The notes under the pieces are model-generated. The model was not told the DNA's origin. It saw nothing but the letters and a program-made list of their open reading frames with translations, and made no database searches. A DNA stretch of 64,000 bases from Spirochaetaceae bacterium. Its GTDB lineage: Bacteria; Spirochaetota; Spirochaetia; DSM-2461. Location of the stretch: assembly GCA_051531975.1 (NCBI GenBank), contig JAOPTT010000001.1, forward strand, positions 64,001 to 128,000, given 5' to 3'. Position numbers and translations under genes: made by a program. Of this stretch, positions 31,544 to 40,088 are shown piece after piece (position 1 is the first letter of the stretch; each line of letters opens with the position of its first letter).

Positions 31544-32503
31544 CTACTTTAATTTAACTCTTGGATCTAAAAGAGCTGTAAATAGATCTACTAAAAAACT
31601 TGCGAGAAGAACTGCAAATACAGAAAATAATGCAATCATCATTACTAATGGATAATTTTGACCTCTTACAGCAACAATAAATTCGTTACCTATTCCAGGC
31701 CACTGAAATATCTGTTCGATTACAACTGCTCCACCAATTAGTGTTGGTAGTCTAAATCCAACTAAAACTATTACAGGAGTCAATGCAACTCTAAAACCAT
31801 GAACAAGGTTTACTCTCCACGCTGGAAGACCTTTACTTCTGGCAGTTTTGATATATTCTTTATTTAATGAATCCAGCATACTGGATCTTGAATAACGCAT
31901 TACACCTGCTGTCAAAGTAGACGCTAGTACTAATGCTGGCATAACTAGATGTGGTAATCGGTCTAAAAAGGTATTGTAATGAGGCAATATTCGACCTCCT
32001 ACAGGTAACCATTCTAGGTTTAATGCAAATATAAGAATTGCGACAAGTCCAAAGAAAAACTGTGGTATAGATACACCTAACATACCTACAATAGTTAATG
32101 TATTATCTGCTATGGAACCTTTATTTATAGCACTTATACAACCTAGAATACTTCCAAATATGGTTGAAAGAATCAGAGATACAAAAGCTAACTCTAACGT
32201 TGCAGGTAGTCTATCAAAAACTATATTCTTAATTGGAACACCACTAGATATACTGTATCCAAAATCACCTTTAAGGATACCTTTTCCCCACTTAGCATAA
32301 CGTATTAAAAATGGATCATTTAAGCCAAGAGATTCTCTTAATGCATCAAGTTTTTCCGGTGATAACTCTGCAGCTGCTTCTGGATCTATCAAAAATGATA
32401 CTGCATCCCCAGGCATCAGGTCTAATCCTGTATAGATTAAGAAACTGATAATAATTAGCATAGGAATTAGAATTAAAATTCTTCTAATTGCATAGGATAA
32501 CAT
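31544..32503 (-). CDS. Opp/Dpp-type ABC permease (OppB-like)
   Basis: MPGD, GDFG.S, YIKTARSKGL, IFQWPGIG, LDPRV. Confidence 0.95.
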   Translation of the reverse strand: MLSYAIRRILILIPMLIIISFLIYTGLDLMPGDAVSFLIDPEAAAELSPEKLDALRESLGLNDPFLIRYAKWGKGILKGDFGYSISSGVPIKNIVFDRLPATLELAFVSLILSTIFGSILGCISAINKGSIADNTLTIVGMLGVSIPQFFFGLVAILIFALNLEWLPVGGRILPHYNTFLDRLPHLVMPALVLASTLTAGVMRYSRSSMLDSLNKEYIKTARSKGLPAWRVNLVHGFRVALTPVIVLVGFRLPTLIGGAVVIEQIFQWPGIGNEFIVAVRGQNYPLVMMIALFSVFAVLLASFLVDLFTALLDPRVKLK

Positions 32504-32533
32504 AACTTTAAACTCCTCTTAATTGGATATAAC

Positions 32534-32557
32534 CCCTGAAGTTTTTACACTTCAGGG
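32534..32557 (-). other. Stem-loop between the SBP and permease genes
   Basis: CCCTGAAGT-N6-ACTTCAGGG. Confidence 0.75.
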
Positions 32558-32578
32558 AACTTAATTACTAAAAACTGA

Positions 32579-34249
32579 TTAGTTCTTTGGGAATTTATTT
32601 ACGTAAAATAGTCTTGTATAAGGAATATCTACAGGAGTAACTCTCATGTTATCCATCTCTTCAAGTGCTATAACATCTGCAACACTTTTAGTAAAACCAT
32701 AACTTAATTTTCCAGCCATAGCATTTTTAACTACGTTTCCATCATTTTCACCACTTGGGTAGATAACGATTTTATCGATACTAGTTGAACCGCCATAATA
32801 ATTATCAGAAGGAACTAATACAATATAATCATTCATTTGAACTTCATCTATTTTATATGGACCATTTCCAATAGGAGACTGCCAGAAAGAACTCTGTTGG
32901 AACTGTAAAGGATCAACTTTTCCTAAATGTTTTTTTGGCATTGGCGCGAATTGTGTAAATGTTAATAACATATTTGGATCAAGAGTATCAAAAGTAAAAG
33001 TAACAGTATTACCTTTAATTACTATTCCAGAAATGTCACTTGCACTTCCATCTAAAAATGCTGTTGCACCTTTTAATGATTTAAAGGTTGTAGAAAATAC
33101 AGAGTGAATTGTAGGAATCTGTAGAGCATACTCTACACTCCATTTAATATCTTCTGGAGTAAATTCTGCACCATCATGCCACATAATATTATCATTTAAA
33201 GTGAATACAACTTCTTTACCATCAGATGAAACTTTATAATCTTTTGCTAACTGTCCATCTTTTGCCATAATAGCTCCATTTGCTACTATTAAACGGTCAA
33301 AAAGAACTTTGTTATACATTTTGTGTCCAGGGTTAAACCATGGGTGCTCAAAGAATTCTACAGGAGCTGTGTTTGTATATAATACTTGCTCTCCATTTGA
33401 ATCAGCTTTTACAGTCCAGTCTGAAATACCCCAGTCATAGTTATACTGTGCATTTCCATACTCACCACCATTTCTATTTACATCTTTACTTTCGTAGATA
33501 AATAGTTGTTGGTAATAAAGAGGAATTAGTGGAAGATTTTTATTTACATATCTTTGTAACTCATAAAATGCAGCTTTTTGTTTATCAATATCAGCTGTTG
33601 CTTTAGTTGCTGCAATTAATGAATCTAACTCTGCAATTCCAGGTGTATGGGAGTTACCAGGTCCACCTGTAGGTAATTTACCATAATACTCATGCATTGC
33701 AAGAGCAGCACTTCCGGCATAAGCCATATCCCACTTAACATATGATGGGCCATTTACAGGATCAGATGGCGCTGTCCATAGTTGATCACCAATGTCACCT
33801 TCAAGTTTTCTAAAGTCCATTTTAACACCAACAGCCTGAAGATATGCTTGAGTAGCAGTCATTATATCAACTGTTAATTGATCTCCATAATAGAAAACAA
33901 CATCTAATGTATAATTTTTATCCCATCCAGCTTCTTTTAATAGTTCTTTAGCTTTTTCAGGATTGTAACTATAAGAGTTTAAACCATCTGTTTTCCATGG
34001 TCCGTTTGGAACCATACTGTTTGCAACAATTGCTTTACCCTCAAGAAGGGTATCTTTTATTGTTTCCATATCAATTGCGTATGAAATTGCCTGACGAATA
34101 CGATAATCTGAAAGTGGGTTACTATTTTGACCTTCCATAACCTCTTTAACTTCTGCTACTGCTGCAGGCTCATTTTGACCACTTGCAAAAATACCCATAC
34201 CTAAAGTTAACAATAGGCAGGAAACTACTAACAATTTGAATTTACTCAT
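32579..34249 (-). CDS. Family-5 (cluster C) ABC solute-binding protein, circularly permuted
   Basis: All OppA-type motifs are present but the halves are swapped: RQAISYAID and YNPEKAKELLKEAG come first; LFDRL, WHDG.EFT.ED and GNGPYK come later. Confidence 0.9.
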   Translation of the reverse strand: MSKFKLLVVSCLLLTLGMGIFASGQNEPAAVAEVKEVMEGQNSNPLSDYRIRQAISYAIDMETIKDTLLEGKAIVANSMVPNGPWKTDGLNSYSYNPEKAKELLKEAGWDKNYTLDVVFYYGDQLTVDIMTATQAYLQAVGVKMDFRKLEGDIGDQLWTAPSDPVNGPSYVKWDMAYAGSAALAMHEYYGKLPTGGPGNSHTPGIAELDSLIAATKATADIDKQKAAFYELQRYVNKNLPLIPLYYQQLFIYESKDVNRNGGEYGNAQYNYDWGISDWTVKADSNGEQVLYTNTAPVEFFEHPWFNPGHKMYNKVLFDRLIVANGAIMAKDGQLAKDYKVSSDGKEVVFTLNDNIMWHDGAEFTPEDIKWSVEYALQIPTIHSVFSTTFKSLKGATAFLDGSASDISGIVIKGNTVTFTFDTLDPNMLLTFTQFAPMPKKHLGKVDPLQFQQSSFWQSPIGNGPYKIDEVQMNDYIVLVPSDNYYGGSTSIDKIVIYPSGENDGNVVKNAMAGKLSYGFTKSVADVIALEEMDNMRVTPVDIPYTRLFYVNKFPKN

Positions 34250-34280
34250 AACATCTCCTTAAATTTAACTGAAATCAAAA

Positions 34281-34348
34281 TGTATCCGAATGTATACACA
34301 ATGTTTTCTTGTCTGGCTTTATTATTACATACATTTGTATACAGTCAA
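34281..34348. promoter_or_regulatory. Divergent promoter with two TGTATACA palindromes, candidate GntR/FCD operators
   Basis: TGTATACA at 34291-34298 and 34336-34343, each with a degenerate partner 10 bp away. Minus strand TTGACT-N16-AATAAT, with the second palindrome overlapping the -35 end and spacer. Confidence 0.65.
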
Positions 34349-34430
34349 GTCATTTCTTGCCAAATCTTATATTTAAATATACAATAACCTTAAATACTTA
34401 ATAAAACAGACTAAATATGAAGGAAGATAT

Positions 34431-36113
34431 ATGGAAAGCAGAGAAACATCTGGAATGAGTTCTGGAGCTAGTCATCAATTAAGGGTGGATCAACTTAAAA
34501 AAATTGAAAACCGTCCAAATATTCTATTAATAATGACTGACCAACAGAGAGCAGATACAATAAATGCCAGTGGTTCAGAGTTTATGATAACTCCAAATAT
34601 GGATCGTTTGGCTATAGATGGAAGGTTATATAAAAATGGATATTCACCAAACCCTATATGTATGCCTGCAAGACATAATATGTTAACAGGATTAACTGCC
34701 AGATATCATGGATACCCTGATAATGCATGGGGATTTGGTATGCCAGATGGTCTACCAACATTTCCAGAAATTTTATCAGATAATGGATATGAGACTAGAA
34801 CCATTGGGAAAAACCACTTTTATCCTCCAAGAAGGCACAATGGCTATCTTAATATGGAATTAATGCAGGAAGTTCCGGCCTTTAGGGAGCAAGATGAGTA
34901 CTTATTATATTTAAGAGATAATGGATTAGGAAATATACAAAACATTCATGGGGTTAGGAATTTACTCTATATGGTTCCACAGCAGTCTCAAATTCCTGAA
35001 GAGCATCATGGAACAACATGGGTAGCAAATAGAACAATAGATTTTATTGAATCAAACAATGGACGACATCCCTGGTTATTAAAAATGGGTTGGATTGCCC
35101 CACACCCTCCTTTTGATGTACCAAAAGAATTCGCAGACCTATATAAAGATGTAAAGTTTCCAGAACCACTAGTTTCTGAAACCCAGTTAAGTCCTTTAGC
35201 TGAAGAGAATAAACTTCTTGGAGATCTACCATCAAAACAATACATAAGACGGATGAAAGAGTTATATTATGGTGCTATATCCCATGTAGATCATCATCTT
35301 GGTAGAGTTCTAGATAGTTTGGAAAAAACAGATCAGCTTGATAATACCTTAATAATTTTTACTAGTGATCACGGGGAGATGTTAGGGGATTATTCTACTT
35401 ATCAGAAATGGCTACCATATAATGCCTGTTCAAAAATTCCTTTTATAATTCGTTATCCTAAAAAAATTAAACCAGGTGTTATAACTGAAGAGTTTGCAGA
35501 TCTAAACGACATTTTCCCAACAATACTTGAAGCTGCAGGCCTGAAATATCCAGGTAAGCATGAACTCCCCGGTGAGAGTTTAATAACAGATGATCCTAAA
35601 AAGGATAGAAACCAGCAGTATGTGGAGTATTCTGACGGTAATAGAAGATGGATTAGTCTAACAAACCATGATTATAAATATAACTACTACTTTGGTGGAG
35701 GTAGAGAAGAACTTTTTGATCTTAAAAATGATCCTGGTGAGTGTAGGAACCTAATGGAGTTCAAATTAAATACACGGCAACTACAGGCGAAAGATAAACT
35801 TAGAAAAGAGTTAATTAAAACTGAGGACAGATGGGGATTGATTGGCTCTATAGAGAATGGGGACTTAGTTGTAAGAGATAAATTTATACCTACTCCTTAT
35901 AGAAATAAGGCATTTCCTCTTTTCCCAGACAAACTAACAAATGCCAATGAGATTCAGTGTATGAATACACATATGGATGAAGTTATAGCTGTAACAGCCA
36001 ATGAAGATGTTGTTCATTTACAAGATTTAGACTTAAAAGTGTGGCAGTTAAACGGTAACTACAGTGATGAAGATATAGATACATTACTTAAAAAAGAGAA
36101 GGATAAAAAATGA
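34431..36113 (+). CDS. Formylglycine-dependent (S1) sulfatase
   Basis: RPNILLIMTDQ, CMPAR, GKNH, PHPP, TSDHG. Confidence 0.93.
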   Translation: MESRETSGMSSGASHQLRVDQLKKIENRPNILLIMTDQQRADTINASGSEFMITPNMDRLAIDGRLYKNGYSPNPICMPARHNMLTGLTARYHGYPDNAWGFGMPDGLPTFPEILSDNGYETRTIGKNHFYPPRRHNGYLNMELMQEVPAFREQDEYLLYLRDNGLGNIQNIHGVRNLLYMVPQQSQIPEEHHGTTWVANRTIDFIESNNGRHPWLLKMGWIAPHPPFDVPKEFADLYKDVKFPEPLVSETQLSPLAEENKLLGDLPSKQYIRRMKELYYGAISHVDHHLGRVLDSLEKTDQLDNTLIIFTSDHGEMLGDYSTYQKWLPYNACSKIPFIIRYPKKIKPGVITEEFADLNDIFPTILEAAGLKYPGKHELPGESLITDDPKKDRNQQYVEYSDGNRRWISLTNHDYKYNYYFGGGREELFDLKNDPGECRNLMEFKLNTRQLQAKDKLRKELIKTEDRWGLIGSIENGDLVVRDKFIPTPYRNKAFPLFPDKLTNANEIQCMNTHMDEVIAVTANEDVVHLQDLDLKVWQLNGNYSDEDIDTLLKKEKDKK

Positions 36114-37177
36114 TAACATCTAAAACTAGAGTAATGGATACTCTTAACCACAAAGAAACTGATAGAACTCCCCTTATGTATCGGGATGTACCCGAAGTTA
36201 GACAGAGATTAAAAAAAGACCTAAATGTAACAACAGATGATGAGTTATATAAACTATTTGGAATAGATTTCCGATGGGTTGCTCCTGAATATATTGGTCC
36301 AGAATTAAACATATCAGAAACAGAGAAGATAGATCACTGGGGAATCGAGTGGCAATATACAAAATTTAGTGATAGTGCCGGATACTGGAATGAAAAATCA
36401 TTTCCTATGGAAAAAATAGATACAGTCATAGGTGCAGCTTCCTGGCCTATCCCGGATATTAAATCATGGAACTATTCAAACTTAAGCAGAGATTGTGATC
36501 TGTATAAAGACTATGCAATTATGACTGCGCCGGGTTTCAGCTCTCCAGGAATCCTACAATTCCCAATTCAATCTCTTCTTGGAACAGAGAAAAGCCTAAT
36601 GGATCTATATATAAATCCTGAATTTTACAAAGCTCTTATAAGCCGTGTATTAGAGTTTCAGATTCCCTTTATTGATAAGATGATGGAATCTGCAGACGGA
36701 AAGATAGATCTTTTTCGATTAGGTGATGACTTTGGAACACAGGAAGGCCTATTAATGGGATTAGACCAATGGAAAGAATTCTTTCAGCCAGCACTAAAAA
36801 AAATGGCTGATAAAGCTAAATGTTATGGGGCTAAATATTATCAACACTCCTGTGGAGCTATCCGGGAACTAATCCCATCATTTATCGAAACAGGTGTAGA
36901 TGTTATCGACCCGGTTCAGGTAAAAGCAAACGGAATGATTCCAAAGGAATTAAAAAAAGAATTTGGTAATAAAATATGTTTTTCAGGTGGTGTTGATGAG
37001 CAGGATCTCCTACCCCATGGAAGTGAAAAAGATGTTAGAGAAGCTGTTTGGAAGTTACTTGATGATATGAGTGGTAATGGAGGATTTATACTAGGGCCAA
37101 CCCACAATTTCCAGGATGATATTCCTACAAAAAATATTGTTGCCATGTATGAAGCAGTCCACAACTGGAAAGGATAA
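36110..37177 (+). CDS. URO-D/MtaA-CmuA superfamily protein of unknown function
   Basis: MxSKxRV N-terminus, DxWG, GDDFGTQ, HSCG, GGVD.Q..L, GGFILGPTH; ATGA overlap with the sulfatase. Confidence 0.85.
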   Translation: MITSKTRVMDTLNHKETDRTPLMYRDVPEVRQRLKKDLNVTTDDELYKLFGIDFRWVAPEYIGPELNISETEKIDHWGIEWQYTKFSDSAGYWNEKSFPMEKIDTVIGAASWPIPDIKSWNYSNLSRDCDLYKDYAIMTAPGFSSPGILQFPIQSLLGTEKSLMDLYINPEFYKALISRVLEFQIPFIDKMMESADGKIDLFRLGDDFGTQEGLLMGLDQWKEFFQPALKKMADKAKCYGAKYYQHSCGAIRELIPSFIETGVDVIDPVQVKANGMIPKELKKEFGNKICFSGGVDEQDLLPHGSEKDVREAVWKLLDDMSGNGGFILGPTHNFQDDIPTKNIVAMYEAVHNWKG

Positions 37178-37210
37178 ATAGTTGGAGGAGTATTGTCCCT
37201 CCAGTTATTT
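37176..37210. terminator. Bidirectional terminator between the convergent URO-D genes
   Basis: AAATAGTTGGAGG-N9-CCTCCAGTTATTT. Confidence 0.7.
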
Positions 37211-37211
37211 A

Positions 37212-38342
37212 TTACTTTATAGTTTTAAGCATCTTATTAAATTGTTCTAATGACATAGTTGGAGGTATAGAGTGATCAGTGTGACAAATCCAGCCTCCAT
37301 CTTTAAACATCTCTTTTCGTGTTGTTAATTCCTGCTGGAGTTGTTCACAATCCCCATCCAGAATATGAGCATCAATATTTCCATAAAATGCCAGTCTATT
37401 TTGATATTTATCTTTTAACTGCCTAATATCCAATCCTGCAGAGGCCTGTAGAGGATTCATAACCTTAACTCCACAATCGATAAAATCATCAAACATTATC
37501 TCAGCATTTCCACATGAGTGCATCCAGAAATCAATATCGTTTTCTTTAAGAAAAGTACCAAGTTCTTTAACCATATCTTTATATACAGATGCCCACATGG
37601 TTGGAGACATTAAAGGTCCGTTACTTCCACCTAAGTCATCAACCATAAAATATCCATCAGGTTTCATTCCTTCAGAAATAGACTTTTTTAAAACATCAAT
37701 TGTAAGATCCACATGAACTCTACCCATATCCCTCACCCATTCTGGTTCAAGGGCAACATCCATTAATAAGTTAGAGAAATCTCGATGTCTCCATGTAGCC
37801 TCCCATGGACCATAATTTTTGAATAGAATATACCTGCCATTGTTCTCCATAATATCAAACTTAATTTTTGCTTCTTTCCATGATGGATAATCATCAAAAT
37901 GTTCAAAATAGTTCTGATCATCAATTCTAGAAGATTCAGATGGATCTTCATTTAGTTTCCATCTGTGTTTTGTAGATTCCCAAGTCTCTATATCTTTAGT
38001 TTTAACAGATACGTAGTGAATTGAACCTGACTTCTTCCATGGTTTTTCTGCTGTATATCCATATCTATCCTCATAAATATAATAATCGTCTTTATGGGAT
38101 AATATTTTTTGTTCATACCTTGGAGAACAATCAAGATACATAACAGCGATATCAAAATCAAAATATTCATCAACGGCCTGGCTTTTATTATCATTTAATG
38201 ATGGAGGATATATAGTTATATTCTGTGGGAATCCCTGTTCCTTCCAAACCTCTAAAGTATCTGTCCAGAAATCCTCATGTACAGGTATTCTATCTGGTTT
38301 CTCCCAATTGATTGCCGCTTTTACTCTCTCTTTTGAAGTCAT
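37212..38342 (-). CDS. URO-D/MtaA-CmuA superfamily protein of unknown function
   Basis: MTSKERV…PDRIP, DDLG, HSCG, GNID, GGWICHTDHSIP. Confidence 0.85.
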   Translation of the reverse strand: MTSKERVKAAINWEKPDRIPVHEDFWTDTLEVWKEQGFPQNITIYPPSLNDNKSQAVDEYFDFDIAVMYLDCSPRYEQKILSHKDDYYIYEDRYGYTAEKPWKKSGSIHYVSVKTKDIETWESTKHRWKLNEDPSESSRIDDQNYFEHFDDYPSWKEAKIKFDIMENNGRYILFKNYGPWEATWRHRDFSNLLMDVALEPEWVRDMGRVHVDLTIDVLKKSISEGMKPDGYFMVDDLGGSNGPLMSPTMWASVYKDMVKELGTFLKENDIDFWMHSCGNAEIMFDDFIDCGVKVMNPLQASAGLDIRQLKDKYQNRLAFYGNIDAHILDGDCEQLQQELTTRKEMFKDGGWICHTDHSIPPTMSLEQFNKMLKTIK

Positions 38343-38489
38343 GATCTTCTCCTGATAATTAGTGTGAATACTTTAATTATCTCATATCATTATCAGAATG
38401 TATTTGTTGTTTATTACCATAAACGCCTATTTTTTATCTTTAAAGAGTTTTTAAACTGTATTATAATATTTTTATTACCAGGAAGGTTT

Positions 38490-39263
38490 ATGGGATCATT
38501 TGCCACAATAATCAGTAAATATGGAAGTTTTAAAAAAAACTACAGATCAAATTTAATAAAATGGGACTACTGGGATCTGTTATTTGTACATTCAGGTGAG
38601 TTAACTATTTCTTTTAATAATATTTTAATAGTTGTAAAGCAGGGTCAATCAATTTTGATACCTCCTGGAACATATTTCACAATTACAAGTAGAAATTTTG
38701 AGACCACAGCGTCTGTTCAATATTTTAATTCTGATAATTCAGAAGTAAATAAAACACTGTGCAGATTTTCGAAACCATTATTACATAAAGATAAAGATGG
38801 TTTAGCTCTAGAATCCCACATTAAGGAATTAATTGAAGTATACGATAGTAATAAACATATATTAAAAAGACAGGAACTTCTTCTTGAATTAGTTTTAGAA
38901 AAGATATTAGCGGTAAAATATGGCAGAAAAGAATCAAATAGCCCCTGGTCTGATATTTCAATAAGATATAAAAACAGACTGTATAACCCACCATCTATTA
39001 CAGAAATTGCATCCTGGGCTGGTTATTCACCAAGCAGATTTAGGTTTATATTTAAAAGAGATACAGGTTTAAAACCAGCGGTATTCTTTTTTAACATAAA
39101 AATACAAAGTTCAGCCAAAATGTTAATAGAAACAGTTCTACCAATTAAAGAGATAAGTCAAAAACATGGATATAACGAAGTAGCTCATTTTAATCGGGCA
39201 TTTACTAGATTTTATAATATTAGCCCAGGTAAATATAGAAAAAAGAATACATTTTGCGGCTAA
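38490..39263 (+). CDS. AraC-family regulator (cupin sensor plus HTH)
   Basis: C-terminal GY…HFNRAF….SPG.YRK. Start moved to ATG 38490 (GGAAGG RBS). Confidence 0.88.
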   Translation: MGSFATIISKYGSFKKNYRSNLIKWDYWDLLFVHSGELTISFNNILIVVKQGQSILIPPGTYFTITSRNFETTASVQYFNSDNSEVNKTLCRFSKPLLHKDKDGLALESHIKELIEVYDSNKHILKRQELLLELVLEKILAVKYGRKESNSPWSDISIRYKNRLYNPPSITEIASWAGYSPSRFRFIFKRDTGLKPAVFFFNIKIQSSAKMLIETVLPIKEISQKHGYNEVAHFNRAFTRFYNISPGKYRKKNTFCG

Positions 39264-39274
39264 CTACATTTTTA

Positions 39275-39304
39275 TGTATAATACTGTATAATATTGTAGA
39301 ATAT
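39275..39304 (+). promoter_or_regulatory. Three tandem 10-bp repeats upstream of gntR copy 1
   Basis: TGTATAATAC-TGTATAATAT-TGTAGAATAT. Confidence 0.6.
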
Positions 39305-39366
39305 ACCTTCCCAATATAATAATTTTATTACTATAGTAAATAATACAGAGACAAGAGGTGGCAAAT

Positions 39367-40044
39367 ATGGCTAAAGAGAAAAAAGAGAAATCATCATATG
39401 AACTTTTAAAAGATTTAATTCTAAATTTCCATATTAAACCTAATGAGAGAATGACTGAAGTTTTTCTAGCTGAAAAAATGAATATGTCTCGAATCCCAGT
39501 CCGGGAGGCTATTCAACAACTTGTCCATGAGGGATTTATTGAACGTACCGGTAAAACTGGATATCAAATAAAAGAGTATAATGAACAGGATATTATTGAT
39601 TTATATAACTATAGAGAAGCTATGGATGGAATGTTAACTAGACTATTTACCCAGAGAGTTGATGAATCACAAATATACTTTCTTGGTATGAATGTTGAAT
39701 CAATGGGAAATAAACTTGAGGATTTTGACCATACTACGTTTTCAAAAATTGATCATGATTTTCATAGAATAATTGCCAGAGGTGCAAGAAACCGATACAT
39801 GGAGCACCAACATGAGATAATTCTTGAAAAAGTTTTGTACGTCGCTGATCTAGTTTTTAAAGTAGCAGAAGAGAAAGAAATAGAGTTATTAACTAAAGAT
39901 AGTTACCAAGAAACATATAAGCAGCACTGTGAAATATTTAAATACATAGAAGAGAAAAATCCTGATATGGCAGAAAAGACCGCTCGGGAGTCTGTTCAGA
40001 TAGGACTTAAAAAAGCACTGTTAGTCCTATCCAAACGTGGTTGA
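39367..40044 (+). CDS. GntR-family regulator with FCD domain (copy 1)
   Basis: SRIPVREA, D..FH..I…A.N, QH.EI. ATG 39367 after GAGG. Confidence 0.92.
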   Translation: MAKEKKEKSSYELLKDLILNFHIKPNERMTEVFLAEKMNMSRIPVREAIQQLVHEGFIERTGKTGYQIKEYNEQDIIDLYNYREAMDGMLTRLFTQRVDESQIYFLGMNVESMGNKLEDFDHTTFSKIDHDFHRIIARGARNRYMEHQHEIILEKVLYVADLVFKVAEEKEIELLTKDSYQETYKQHCEIFKYIEEKNPDMAEKTARESVQIGLKKALLVLSKRG

Positions 40045-40088
40045 ATCAGATATAAAATACTGTAAATTACAAACATAATATTTTGATA

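Noticed and set aside
36110..38342. Annotation as hemE
   Set aside because: No RQAGR motif and no heme-pathway context.
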